Origin: Eledone cirrhosa
Taxonomy: Eukaryota
DNA length: 64,000 nucleotides
Direction of reading: 5' to 3'
Assembly: GCA_964016885.1 (NCBI GenBank)
Contig: OZ024753.1
Span: 13,020,001-13,084,000, forward strand
Shown here: positions 1 through 10,556 of the stretch, one piece after another
How positions within the stretch are numbered: the stretch's first letter is position 1
Layout of the letters: every line of letters starts with the position of its first letter
Made by a program: the position numbers and the translations under genes
Notes under the pieces: model-generated
What the model saw: only the letters and a program-made list of their open reading frames with translations
Database searches by the model: none
Told to the model about the DNA's origin: nothing

Positions 1-163
1 AGCTTTTCTCCATATCACTGTGTATTTCATCTGAGTGAATATTATCTGATTACTTAGCAACGATTACACAGCTTATTAGGACTTTATCTAGTTTGTCAGC
101 TTTAGCTTCTCGAACGACTAGCAAACACTTAAACAAATACAGCTCGTCTCTCTGATTTTCGAA

Positions 164-1153
164 ATGCATAAGATTACAAGTATTGAAGAAGGCCAACACA
201 GTGAAAGCTTGAAAATAAAAGACACGATATTTTTCAAGTTCCTGAAATATTTTTTAGAACATAATTATATGAGATTAAGTGAAATGATATCTTTACTGAA
301 ATCACACACGTTCAAAGCATTGTGTTTGCTAGCTATTTATATTGTGGTCTTTATATATTTGATTCTAAACCCTATTTGCCTCATTGTTAATTTAACAACC
401 TTAAAAGGTATACCTGATGCCAACATGTTTATGTATGGCCTCATTACATTTTGCTATTGTATAATGTCTATCCTATGTTACATGAAATACTTCAAAGAAC
501 CTCATTTCAAGGAGATAATTGAAATATTGTCCAAAATTGAAATTGAAGAGAAAGATGGAAAACTGTACAGTTTCATATATTCATATAAGTCACTTTGTAT
601 ATTTGTAGCCATGTATACTATTTCTATCATAATTGCAGAGCTCATAATACCTATTTTTAGTAAAGACAGTGATCTGTTCGATTTTCTAACATTTCAAATG
701 ACGATGGATTATAAGTACCTCATGGTAATTTTAAAATTTACACTACAAATACTTTCCATTCTACCGCTGGTGATTGATCTGTATATAAGCATTTTACTTC
801 AGCTTGATCTTACTCATGAGTTTAACAAACTGGCCAAGGAGGCTGAAGGGTACGTAAAGGTAATGCAATCCCCCAATCCGGAAGCTATCAAGAAATATGA
901 AGAGATTAAAGAAATATGCAACAGACATGACAAACTGAGTTCATCACTGAGATTATTAAATGATTATTTTCAGTATATTTTAGGATGTCTCGTATTTGGT
1001 AGTATTCTTAGTTGTTGTCTTACAACTTACGGAATAATAAATAACTTATTACAAAATGATACGGATTCATACATTTATGTATTACTTACGACGTTCGGCT
1101 TCCTGTCTTTCTGGATTATACTAGTTTTGTTGGGCCTCCGTTTACATATATCG
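164..1153 (+). CDS. GR/OR-superfamily (gustatory receptor-like) coding exon, copy 1; about TM1-TM6, ends at a splice donor
   Basis: 330 codons with about six hydrophobic segments. EIKEICNRHDKLSSSLRLLNDYFQYIL matches the pattern of the GR/OR (7tm_7-like) helix preceding TM5. TCG|GTAAGT phase-0 donor at 1153/1154; the ORF-track extension to 1216 is probably intron read-through. Confidence 0.75.
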
Positions 1154-1487
1154 GTAAGTCTATATATAAATTTCTGTGATTCTGTCACAACACGTAAAGA
1201 GAGAGGGGTAGTTTGACTACCTCATACTACTCCTCTTTCTTTGCGTCTGATGACTGCGTGAATGTATGTGTGTGTAAAAGGAAGGCAGGAGGTGGTGAAA
1301 CACTATAGTGGTTGGCGTTCCACTTGTTATGCTGTACATGCGTGTATGTTTGTGTGAATGTTAGTGTGTGTGTTTATGTGAATGTATATCTAGATGTGCA
1401 TGTGTGTATGTATTTGTGTGAATGTATGTGTGTGTTTCTGTGAATGTATGTGTGTGTTTGTGCGAATGTATGTGTGTGTTTATGTAA

Positions 1488-2277
1488 AGGAAGATGACAC
1501 CCATGTCATAAGTAGCTCTCCAAAGATGTCATTGCGTTCCTATCTAGCTATTTGGCATGATGTGGTGGCCAAAACACTGTACAATGCAATCTTCAGAAAA
1601 TATAGCCCCGATAATAAACACATTTTAAAAGCTACAGAAATGTGGAAGACATCCATATACATATTATAAAAGGGTACTGGTGGAATGTTCCGGTAAAAAC
1701 CCCAATAAAATGCAGACATAACAGACCAGATATAATTATATGGGACAGGGGAAAGAAGGCATGCACATTAGTGGAAATTAGCTGCCCAGCAGATGCCAAT
1801 ATAATATCAATGATTAGCGAAAAGGGGAATATATATGCAGAACTAATGAGAAATCTGCAGATACTCCATTCTGACTATACCTTCAGATTTATACCTGTGA
1901 TTATTGGGGCACTGAGGTATGTTATTAACTGCCTCAATACAAATCTTGAGAAGCTAGGCTTCACAGGAATAGAAAGAACACAACTAGTTAGGAAAGTACA
2001 AGTACAACCCATTAATGAAACAGTAAAAATATGTAAGACATTCCAAAATGCTGCATCTAATAACCGCATATACAGATACAGATGCAAGTCATATAAACAC
2101 ATACACCTCCACGCGTACAATAACATCTATACCTGCACACATGCACGCATGCATACATGCAGACATATCTACCTAGTTGATGTTGTGTAAATTCCAATGG
2201 GAGAGTCTTGTGTCTATGTTAGAAACCGCCTCTCTCTCTATTGGCAAGAATTTGTGAAATTATAAAACCAGAAAAAC
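1488..2277 (+). mobile_element. 5'-truncated RLE retrotransposon, family B
   Basis: YWWNVPVKTPIKCRHNRPDIIIWD..VEISCP; a different 3' UTR ending TTATAAAACCAGAA(A/G)AAC, followed by ATAC repeats. Confidence 0.85.
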
Positions 2278-2410
2278 ATACATATGTACATACATACACG
2301 CATGCATGCATGCATTTGTACATGCATACATTCATACGTACATACATACATACATACATACATACATACATACATACATACATACATACATACATACATA
2401 CATACACACA

Positions 2411-3010
2411 TGGTGGCTGCCAACTCGTTTTCGAGTACGGCCACTACTTTATATCCATGTAGGAGAACCCCTACCGATGCGCTGAACGAGTGTGACTTTT
2501 TAGTCCAGCCAGCGACTTGAAAACTCTGGTACAAACACTACACTTGTGACAATTACTGACACATAGTGCTGGGCCCATGGATCCATGTGAAGACAAGTGC
2601 AGAGAGATCTCCAGATATAAAGCAATGCCTGTGCCGTGAAGCTTTTATAGTGAGCAAAGGCACTGCACAAAGCCAGTCCCACTCTCTTAACCAAGATGAT
2701 ATTTACCAAAAAGAAGAACAAGTCAACATCATTGGATACCATCAGGGTTGCAGGTGTTATATCAGAGTTTTCCTTCTCCTAGAATTCTGCCTTGACAAAG
2801 GCTAAGGGGTCATCCCTCCCGGTGATTTTGGATGGCCATTGACTCTTAAGAGCTCCTTTGCCCTTTGACAGGTTTTGTTTTTAGTCCTGCAGGATGTCCA
2901 AAGTCACCCTCCTCACCAAGAAACCTTGGTGGGGTTGCCAGTTTAGTCGCCAACGACCCGACCATGGGACAGGTTGTACTGGGATACATGTTACCAGTAG
3001 CACCAACTGA
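2411..3010 (-). mobile_element. Non-coding (TATG)n-tailed retroposon, family N1, possibly an RTE-related non-autonomous element
   Basis: About 600 bp, at least 11 full or partial copies (3057-3413, 9368-9976, 10584-10999, 23362-23943, 37462-38042, 49435-49754, 55161-55480, 60528-60957, 60987-61571, 62321-62640). One end is constant and abuts the TACA tract; the other end is variably truncated. Confidence 0.7.
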
Positions 3011-3445
3011 CATACACACATACATACATACATACATACATACATACATACATACATGGTGGCTGCCAACTCGTTTTCGAGTACGGCCACTACTTTATAT
3101 CCGTGTAGGAGAACCCCTACCGATGCGCTGAACGAGTGTGACTTTTTAGTCCAGCCAGCGACTTGAAAACTCTGGTACAGACACTACACTTGTGACAATT
3201 ATTGACACATAGTGCTGGGCTGATGGTACCATGTGACGACAAGTGCAGAGAGATCTCCATATGTAAAGCAATGCCTGTGCCGTGAAGCTTTTATAGTGAG
3301 CAAAGACACTGCACAAAGCCAGTCCCACTCTCTTAACCAAGATGATATTTACCATCAGGGTTGCAGGTGTTATATCAGCGTTTTCCTTGTCCTAGAATTC
3401 TGCCTAAGGGGTCATACATACATACACACATACATACATACATAA

Positions 3446-4053
3446 TGATGGCTGCCCCGTCGTTATCGAGTATGGCCATTGCACGATATAACATTATTAA
3501 TAATCATGAATTAATGCAATCGTGCAATGCCTGTGCGTGAAGATATTTTTTAAAGTGAGGAAAAACTGTGCACTGAGCCAATCCCACTCTCTGACCGACA
3601 GTAGCTTTAACCTGAAAAGAAGAAAATATCAACATCATCGGTAACTACTGAGCTGCAGGTTTTATATCGGAGTTATCCCAGTTTCCTGAGTTGCCTTCTG
3701 CTAGAAGAATGCCCTGACAAAGGCTAAGAGTCCTTCACTCCCAGTGGTTTAACGGCGCGATCGGGTGCCCAACCCGACTATTTTTATGTCCCCGCGCATA
3801 TACACACACATGTATACACACATATACATATGTACATGTGTATATACATATTTACACACGTTTGGATGGCGTTGACTTTTATGAGTTCTTCCGCCCTTTG
3901 TCAGGTTTTGTTTTTTTGTCTACAGGGTGTCCAAAATCACCCCCCCTCAGCAAGTAAACTTGGTAGGGTTGCCGGTTTAGTCACCGACGACCCGGCCATG
4001 CGACAGGTTGTACTGCGTTACATGTTACAAGTAGCACTCAAGAGTGACCCGAC
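3446..4053 (-). mobile_element. Related non-coding retroposon family N2; also 11081-11400, 11415-11612, 24016-24598, 25218-25880 and 38085-38669
   Basis: Shares head and internal blocks (CAATCCCACTCTCT, TCAACATCATCGG on +) with N1 and has a variant 3' hairpin. Confidence 0.65.
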
Positions 4054-4126
4054 ATACATACATACATACATACATACATACATACATACATACATACATA
4101 CATACATACATACATACATACATACA

Positions 4127-7100
4127 ATGGCGACCGTTGTGGTCAGTGTCCGATAATTGGACGTGTGTAATTACGGCTTACATGAAGGCAACATACCATA
4201 TATTGGAAAAAGTTGAGCTACATTACGCGGTAAGATTACATACAATAATTCTACATAAGTGTTTGAACTGTAAGTGTGTTGTAAAACACCTATTTATATG
4301 AACGATACATACACTTATGATATATGAACGATACATACACTTTAACATATAAATGCAACGTTGTTATATTACATTTATAAAGAAATATAAAAGTAACGTT
4401 TTCGATTCAGAAACAAAAATATAAGTGTTTGAACTGTGAATGTTGTGAATATGTTGTAGAACACCTATTTATATGAATGATACATAAACTTTAACATATA
4501 AATACAGCGTTGTTATATTATATTACATTCGTAAAGGAATATACTAAGTAACGGTTCTTTTTGTTCTCGATTCAAACGATTCAAGAACAACGTTTAAAAC
4601 ACAGTTGTAGAATTAAAAACTAACTGAAAAGAAATATTACCCAAGCTGTGAATAACTTTAAATTTGATTCTGACAGAACTTTGTCGTAACTTTTAAAGAA
4701 GATCATCGACTATTTAAAAAAAATAAATACAAAATATTAGTGAATAGACGAACTCATCATGGCAAAAAGTACAAGTCTCCTTCGACCAAATCGCAATTAC
4801 AACCGTTGTATACAGTGGAGCTACGAGCTTAACAAAGAATTATATGAAGCATACAAACAATCTGAACCCCAAAAGTTCGGTTTTATGCAAAGGCTAAAAA
4901 CTTTATGGAACTCCAAACACCCAGAATTAGACTTTTCTCCAAAGCATCTAAATGAACAGGCAAAACGTATCATTAGATGTAAATTGATACATCTAACGGA
5001 ATCGAGTGATACTACAAATACAGCCCTTGTAGACAACCACCCCACCTCCACTGACAGACAAAGAGAATGGCCGGCTAAATCTAACAGTGAACAGCTCACC
5101 AACAATTTTGCTGAAATTCATCCCACTTCCACTGAAGAACAGCGAGAAAGGTCAGCTGACTCTAGTAGTAATTGTCACCACATCAACAACGAGGCTGAAA
5201 TTCATGACTCTACTGAACAAACAGAGCACCAAAAACTTGTGGGCACCCTACAAGTGATATGGAACGATATGTTTCAAGAGATACACAGCCTTAATGTGAG
5301 TGACAGACCATACAACACTAGAGTCAGTAAAGAACCCACTAAATTGGAATTGGAAGCGGTGAACGAAATAGCTGGCAATTATCTGAAGGCTATACGATCT
5401 ATAGGTGTAGAAACGACATTTGAAACGCTTAATGTTTTGTTATATGTTTCAGCTGTCACATTGCTAGCATATAACACACATCTAAAACCACGCAATCAAG
5501 ATACAAACAGAAAGCCTGAACCAGCGTGGATGCGAAATTTAAAAACCAAAATTTTGTCCCTGAGACGAAGTATCTCACACATCGCAGTCGTTATGAAATG
5601 CAACATAGAGAGCAACTTCACACAACACCAGGAAGACCTAAAGAAAAAGTTAGAGAGAAGATTTGGAGATACAAAATTTAAAACTTTGAACTCCAAATTA
5701 CACCAGTTGAAACAACAACTCACAGCTACAACAGAAAGACTAAAATATAAGTCAACAGCACATAAACGACAAGTGCTAAATAGATTGTTTGCCAGAGATC
5801 CTAAATCAGTTTATCGCAGCTTCGGTGGCAAAAGCTCAATCTCTGTAAATGACACCCCTTCAAAAGAACAGGTTGAGAGCTACTGGAGATCTGTATGGGA
5901 AACGGATGACGGATTCAACAGACAAGCTAATTGGCTAAAAGAACTGGAACAGGACTACTGCCAACATGTCCAGACAAAACAATATGACATAGATGGGTCA
6001 ATACTGGAAACAGCTCTACAGAAAATGTCGAATAGGAAATCGCCAGGCCCAGACCTCATTACAGGATACTGGTTGAAGAATTTCACTTTCTATCGGCAAG
6101 ATCTCATACGGCTGTTTACAGAAACCATTAAGGGCACACAAGAACTGCCCAGATGGTTATCAACTGCCTCTACTCTCCTCATTCCCAAAAATAGCCAAAC
6201 CACCCTTGCTAAAAATTACCGCCCAATTGCCTGCCAAAACATCATGTATAAATTATATACTGGGTGCCTTAACCTGTTCTTACAGGATCACTGTGCTACC
6301 AACAACATCATAACACCTGAGCAAGCTGGTGGAAAGAGGGAGGTGTGGGGTTGCATAGATCACCTACTAACTAACAAAATGATTCAGGAAAAAACAACAA
6401 AGAATCGCAGAAACATGACTGTCGTGTGGCTGGACTATCAAAAAGCATTTGATAGTGTACCTCATGGGTGGATTGTTAAGGCTTTACAGTTAGCTAAAGT
6501 CCCACAACCATTGGTAGCTGCTGTTGAACGCCTGACCAAGAACTGGTACACCAGTTTGATCCTTAGAGGTGAGAAGGAGCAGGTTAAGACTGATAAGATA
6601 CATTACCAGAAGGGCATCTTTCAGGGTGATAGCTTGTCGGTGCTACTCTTCGTTCTCTCACTGAATCCACTATCTTACCTACTCAGGAAACAAGGTCGAC
6701 AAAGAAGTGGGACCAGAAGTATCTCCCATCTTTTCTTTGTTGATGACCTGAAGTTGTATGGGCCAAATATCAATGACATCAAGAAACAATTGGACCTCAT
6801 TACACAATTTTCAACCGACATCAAAATGAAATTTGGTGAGTCCAAGTGTGCATATTTGGCAGTAAAACGTGGAAGAGCTGTGCCCTCCTCTAGAAATCTA
6901 GAGATGAACGGCCTGACAATACAACCTCTGCAGTCAGGTGACAACTACAGATATCTTGGACAGGATGAGAATGTCAGATATGATGGACCCATAAATAAGG
7001 AGAAAACCAGAACTGAATACCTCAGAAGAGTAAAGAAAATATGGTCATCAGAACTGTCAGCATACAACAAATACATTGCCCACAATACTTATGCTGTGCC

Positions 7101-8350
7101 AATTCTAACGCCAACATTTGGCCTACTGAACTGGTCATTGCAAGAACTAAGTGAGATGGATGTTAGAACTCGAAAACTTCTCAGTGTTACTGGGAACTTT
7201 AACATCAATGGTGATGTGGATAGGCTATACTTCTCACGCAAGGAAGGTGGCCGGGGCCTAAAATCAATATTAACAACATATGAGACCCGGATAGTGACAC
7301 TGAAGCAACACCTTCAACAGAGGAAAAAGGTTGGCAACCATCTTGCCCAGGTTTATGACCATGAAAAAAGAAATATCATTAGAATAGCGACTGATCTGGA
7401 GGAGAGATATGGAATAAAGCCCGATATAAATCTCTCACCCAGAGAAATCGGAAGATCCTATTCAATGTTCAAACAAGAAAAAAAAATTGACCAATTTACA
7501 GAAAAAGTTGTGCATGGATACTTGAGGCGTAAAACACAGACCATAGAGGGGATAAACCACTCAAAAAGCCTGGCATGGAGTTCCGACAAGTTTATGACAT
7601 CACACCTTGAGGGATATCTATATGCAATACAGGAACAAGAACTCCCTACCAAATATCTGCTGCACAAAAGAGGAGGGCCAGCAGCTGACAATAAATGTAG
7701 GCTATGTAAAACAAAGATCGAGGATGTAAGCCACATTGTTGCCAGCTGCGAAAGAATGTCATCTCGCTACTACCTCCCCATGAGACACGATGGGATAGCT
7801 AGAACCATCTGGAACGCACTTCGGAAAACAAAATTAACAACAAACGAGGAAGAATATATTGAGACAGATGGCACTAAGGAATACTGGTGGAACCTGAAAA
7901 TAAAAACTGCCACCAGATTAAAGCACAACCGGCCTGATATTGTAGTTTGGGACCACACATTGAAAACGTGTTCTGTTGTGGAGATCAGCTGCCCACTTGA
8001 TGTAAACGTTGTCAGAAAAATACAGGAGAAGGAGGACATCTACGGACCATTGATGAGGAGTTTACAAATCCAGTATCCAAGATACACCTTTAGCTTCATA
8101 CCCATCATTATTGGTGCTACGGGTTATATACCAACCCGCTTGGACCAAAGTATGACTGAACTTGGATTTGCGGACAAAAAGCGCAGCTCCCTAATTCATA
8201 GTCTACAAATGGCTGCGATAGCTGGCACCTTCAAAATTTGCAAAACATTCTTGCGATTCAAGGGATGACAATTTCTTTTCTTTTACAACCTTGCCACCAG
8301 GAAGGTGGCCGGTCAAAAAAATATACTCAAAATTAAGAGAAAGAGAAAAC
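4127..8350 (+). mobile_element. Apparently full-length RLE-class non-LTR retrotransposon (R4/Dong-like), family A, inserted in (TACA)n
   Basis: About 630-bp 5' UTR, single long ORF, short 3' UTR; (TACA)n directly on both sides. Confidence 0.85.
4759..8268 (+). CDS. Reverse transcriptase / CCHC zinc knuckle / restriction-like endonuclease polyprotein (1169 aa)
   Basis: KSPGPD, NYRPIAC, WLDYQKAFDSVPH, GIFQGDSLS, FVDDLK, YLG; CRLC..EDVSHIVASC; RHD; RPDIVVWD..VEIS. No APE domain. Confidence 0.95.
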   Translation: MAKSTSLLRPNRNYNRCIQWSYELNKELYEAYKQSEPQKFGFMQRLKTLWNSKHPELDFSPKHLNEQAKRIIRCKLIHLTESSDTTNTALVDNHPTSTDRQREWPAKSNSEQLTNNFAEIHPTSTEEQRERSADSSSNCHHINNEAEIHDSTEQTEHQKLVGTLQVIWNDMFQEIHSLNVSDRPYNTRVSKEPTKLELEAVNEIAGNYLKAIRSIGVETTFETLNVLLYVSAVTLLAYNTHLKPRNQDTNRKPEPAWMRNLKTKILSLRRSISHIAVVMKCNIESNFTQHQEDLKKKLERRFGDTKFKTLNSKLHQLKQQLTATTERLKYKSTAHKRQVLNRLFARDPKSVYRSFGGKSSISVNDTPSKEQVESYWRSVWETDDGFNRQANWLKELEQDYCQHVQTKQYDIDGSILETALQKMSNRKSPGPDLITGYWLKNFTFYRQDLIRLFTETIKGTQELPRWLSTASTLLIPKNSQTTLAKNYRPIACQNIMYKLYTGCLNLFLQDHCATNNIITPEQAGGKREVWGCIDHLLTNKMIQEKTTKNRRNMTVVWLDYQKAFDSVPHGWIVKALQLAKVPQPLVAAVERLTKNWYTSLILRGEKEQVKTDKIHYQKGIFQGDSLSVLLFVLSLNPLSYLLRKQGRQRSGTRSISHLFFVDDLKLYGPNINDIKKQLDLITQFSTDIKMKFGESKCAYLAVKRGRAVPSSRNLEMNGLTIQPLQSGDNYRYLGQDENVRYDGPINKEKTRTEYLRRVKKIWSSELSAYNKYIAHNTYAVPILTPTFGLLNWSLQELSEMDVRTRKLLSVTGNFNINGDVDRLYFSRKEGGRGLKSILTTYETRIVTLKQHLQQRKKVGNHLAQVYDHEKRNIIRIATDLEERYGIKPDINLSPREIGRSYSMFKQEKKIDQFTEKVVHGYLRRKTQTIEGINHSKSLAWSSDKFMTSHLEGYLYAIQEQELPTKYLLHKRGGPAADNKCRLCKTKIEDVSHIVASCERMSSRYYLPMRHDGIARTIWNALRKTKLTTNEEEYIETDGTKEYWWNLKIKTATRLKHNRPDIVVWDHTLKTCSVVEISCPLDVNVVRKIQEKEDIYGPLMRSLQIQYPRYTFSFIPIIIGATGYIPTRLDQSMTELGFADKKRSSLIHSLQMAAIAGTFKICKTFLRFKG

Positions 8351-8387
8351 ATACATACATACATACATACATACATACATACATACA

Positions 8388-9250
8388 AAGAGATAGGGAT
8401 GCAGGCAAAACACCCAGATGTGATAACAAGTGCAGACTCTGCAGAACTAACATCGAGGATATCACCCATGTCATCAGCAGCTGTCCAAAGATGTCATCGC
8501 GGTACTACCTACCTATGAGGTATGATGTAGTGGCCAAAACACTGTACAATGCAGTTCATAAAGAAAAAAGCCCCGATAATAAACACATTAAAAGCTACAG
8601 CAATGTGGAAGACATCCATGTACATAATATGAAAGAGTACAGGTGGAAAGTTCCAGTTAAAACCCCAATAAAATGCAGGCATAACAGACCTGATATTATG
8701 ATATGGGACAGGGAGAAGAAAGCATGCACATTAGTGGAATTAGCTGCCCAGCAAATGCCAATATAATATCAAAGATTAATGAAAAGGAGAATATCAATGC
8801 AGAACTGATGAGAAATCTGCAGATACTCCATCCTGATTACACCTTCAGATTTATGCCTGAGATTATTGAGGCACTGGGATATGTTAGTAACTGCCTCAAT
8901 ACAAATCTTGAGAAGCTAGGTTTCACAGGAACAGAAATAACACAACTAGTTAGGAAATTACAAGTACAATCCATTAATGGAACAGTAAAAATATGTAAAA
9001 CATTCCAAACATTTTGCATCTAATAACTGCATATACACATGTACAGATACAAAGTTTATACACATGCACACAAACAACTCAAACCATCCACATCCACACA
9101 TACAATAACATCCATATCTACACATGCATGCGTACATACATATCTACCAAGTTGATGTTGTGTAAATTCCAATGAGAGTCTTGTGTCTATGTTAGAAACC
9201 GACTCTCTCTCTATTGGTAAAACTTTGTCAAATTATAAAACCAGAAGAAC
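8388..9250 (+). mobile_element. 5'-truncated family B RLE fragment; further copies at 22417-23206 and 36668-37448
   Basis: CRLC..HVISSC, RYD, RPDIMIWD motifs; frameshifted; (TACA)n on both sides. Confidence 0.85.
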
Positions 9251-9367
9251 ATACATACATACATACATACATACATACATACATACATACATACATACAC
9301 ACATACATACATACATACATACATACATACATACATACATACATACATACATACATACATACATACA

Positions 9368-9976
9368 TGGTGGCTGCCAACTCGTTTTCGAGTACGGCCA
9401 CTACTTTATATCCATGTAGGAGAACCCCGACCGATGCGCTGAACGAGTGTGACTTTTTAGTCCAGCCAGCGACTAGAAAACTCTGGTACAAACACTACAC
9501 TTGTGACAATTATTGACACATAGTGCTGGGCCCATGGTACCATGTGACGACAAGTGCAGAGAGATCTCCAGATATAAAGCAATGCCTGTGCCGTGAAGCT
9601 TTTATAGTGAGCAAAGGCACTGCACAAAGCCAGTCCCACTCTCTTAACCAAGATGATATTTACCAAAAAGAAGAACAAGTCAACATCATTGGATACCATC
9701 AGGGTTGCAGGTGTTATATCAGAGTTTTCCTTCTCCTAGAATTCTGCCTTGACAAAGGCTAAGGGGTCATCTCTCCCAGTGATTTTGGATGACCATTGAC
9801 TCTTAAGAGCTCCCTTGCCCTTTGACAGGTTTTGTTTTTAGTCCTGCAAGATGTCCAAAGTCACCCTCCTCACCAAGAAACCTTGGTGGGGTAGCCAGTT
9901 TAGTCGCCAACGACCCGACCATGAGACAGGTTGTACTGGGATACATGTTACCAGTAGCACCAAGTGGTGACCTGAC
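9368..9976 (-). mobile_element. Longest copy of family N1
   Basis: Minus strand reads GTCAGGTCACCACTTGGTG...GGCAGCCACCA(TGTA)n. Confidence 0.7.
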
Positions 9977-10040
9977 ATACATACATACATACATACATAC
10001 ATACATACATACATACATACATACATACATACATACATAC

Positions 10041-10556
10041 ATTGTGACTGCAAACTCTGCTAAGAGTATTGCAATCGCTTGTCAGAATACAGATAATGGA
10101 GCACCTTTAGGCTACGGCTGAGCACACGAACCTGTAACATATCCTAAACAAGCAATGCCTGTGCTTTGATGGTTTTTTAAGTGGTGAAAGGCCTTCCTCT
10201 CGATCAATCCCACTCTCTGAACATCGAAAACACTACACGAAAAGGAGAACTGGTCAACATCATCGGATGCTTCCGAAGCCGCAGGTTTTTTTGTTTTGTT
10301 TTGTTTTTTTGCAGAGTTTCCCTCTCCTAGAAAGGTGTTGTGACAACAACCGGGAGCCTTTCACTCCCAGATGAAAAAGAAAAGTACTATTTGGATGGCC
10401 ATTGACTCTACTAACATGGCTCAGGTGACTCTCAAGGGCTACTGGTAACATGTAACACAGTAGAACCTATCTCATGGTCGGTCGTCGGTGAATAAACCGG
10501 CGACCCCGCCAAGCTTGCTTGGTGAGAAAGATGATATTTGGACACCCTGCGGTTTG
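10041..10556 (-). mobile_element. Related family N3 copy with an inverted 5' head; duplicates at 24688-25200 and 38762-39275
   Basis: Body on the minus strand to about 10410; head sequence (CAGGTGACTC..CTACTGGTAACATG) on the plus strand at about 10420-10552. Confidence 0.6.

Noticed and set aside
1154-1216. Treating the 350-362 aa ORFs as complete single-exon genes
   Set aside because: A consensus donor is at the same position in all copies, the tail frame differs between copies, and there is no TM7 motif.
2500-2805. Recurrent 70-80 aa ORFs (MLGPW.., MVSNDV..) as a small gene family
   Set aside because: They lie inside the N1 repeat, have no recognisable domain, and are broken variably between copies.
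9840-9976. HDV-like ribozyme at the N1 head
   Set aside because: I could not build a consistent P1/P1.1/P2/P3 double pseudoknot; the candidate P2 pairing is not kept in N2 or N3 copies.
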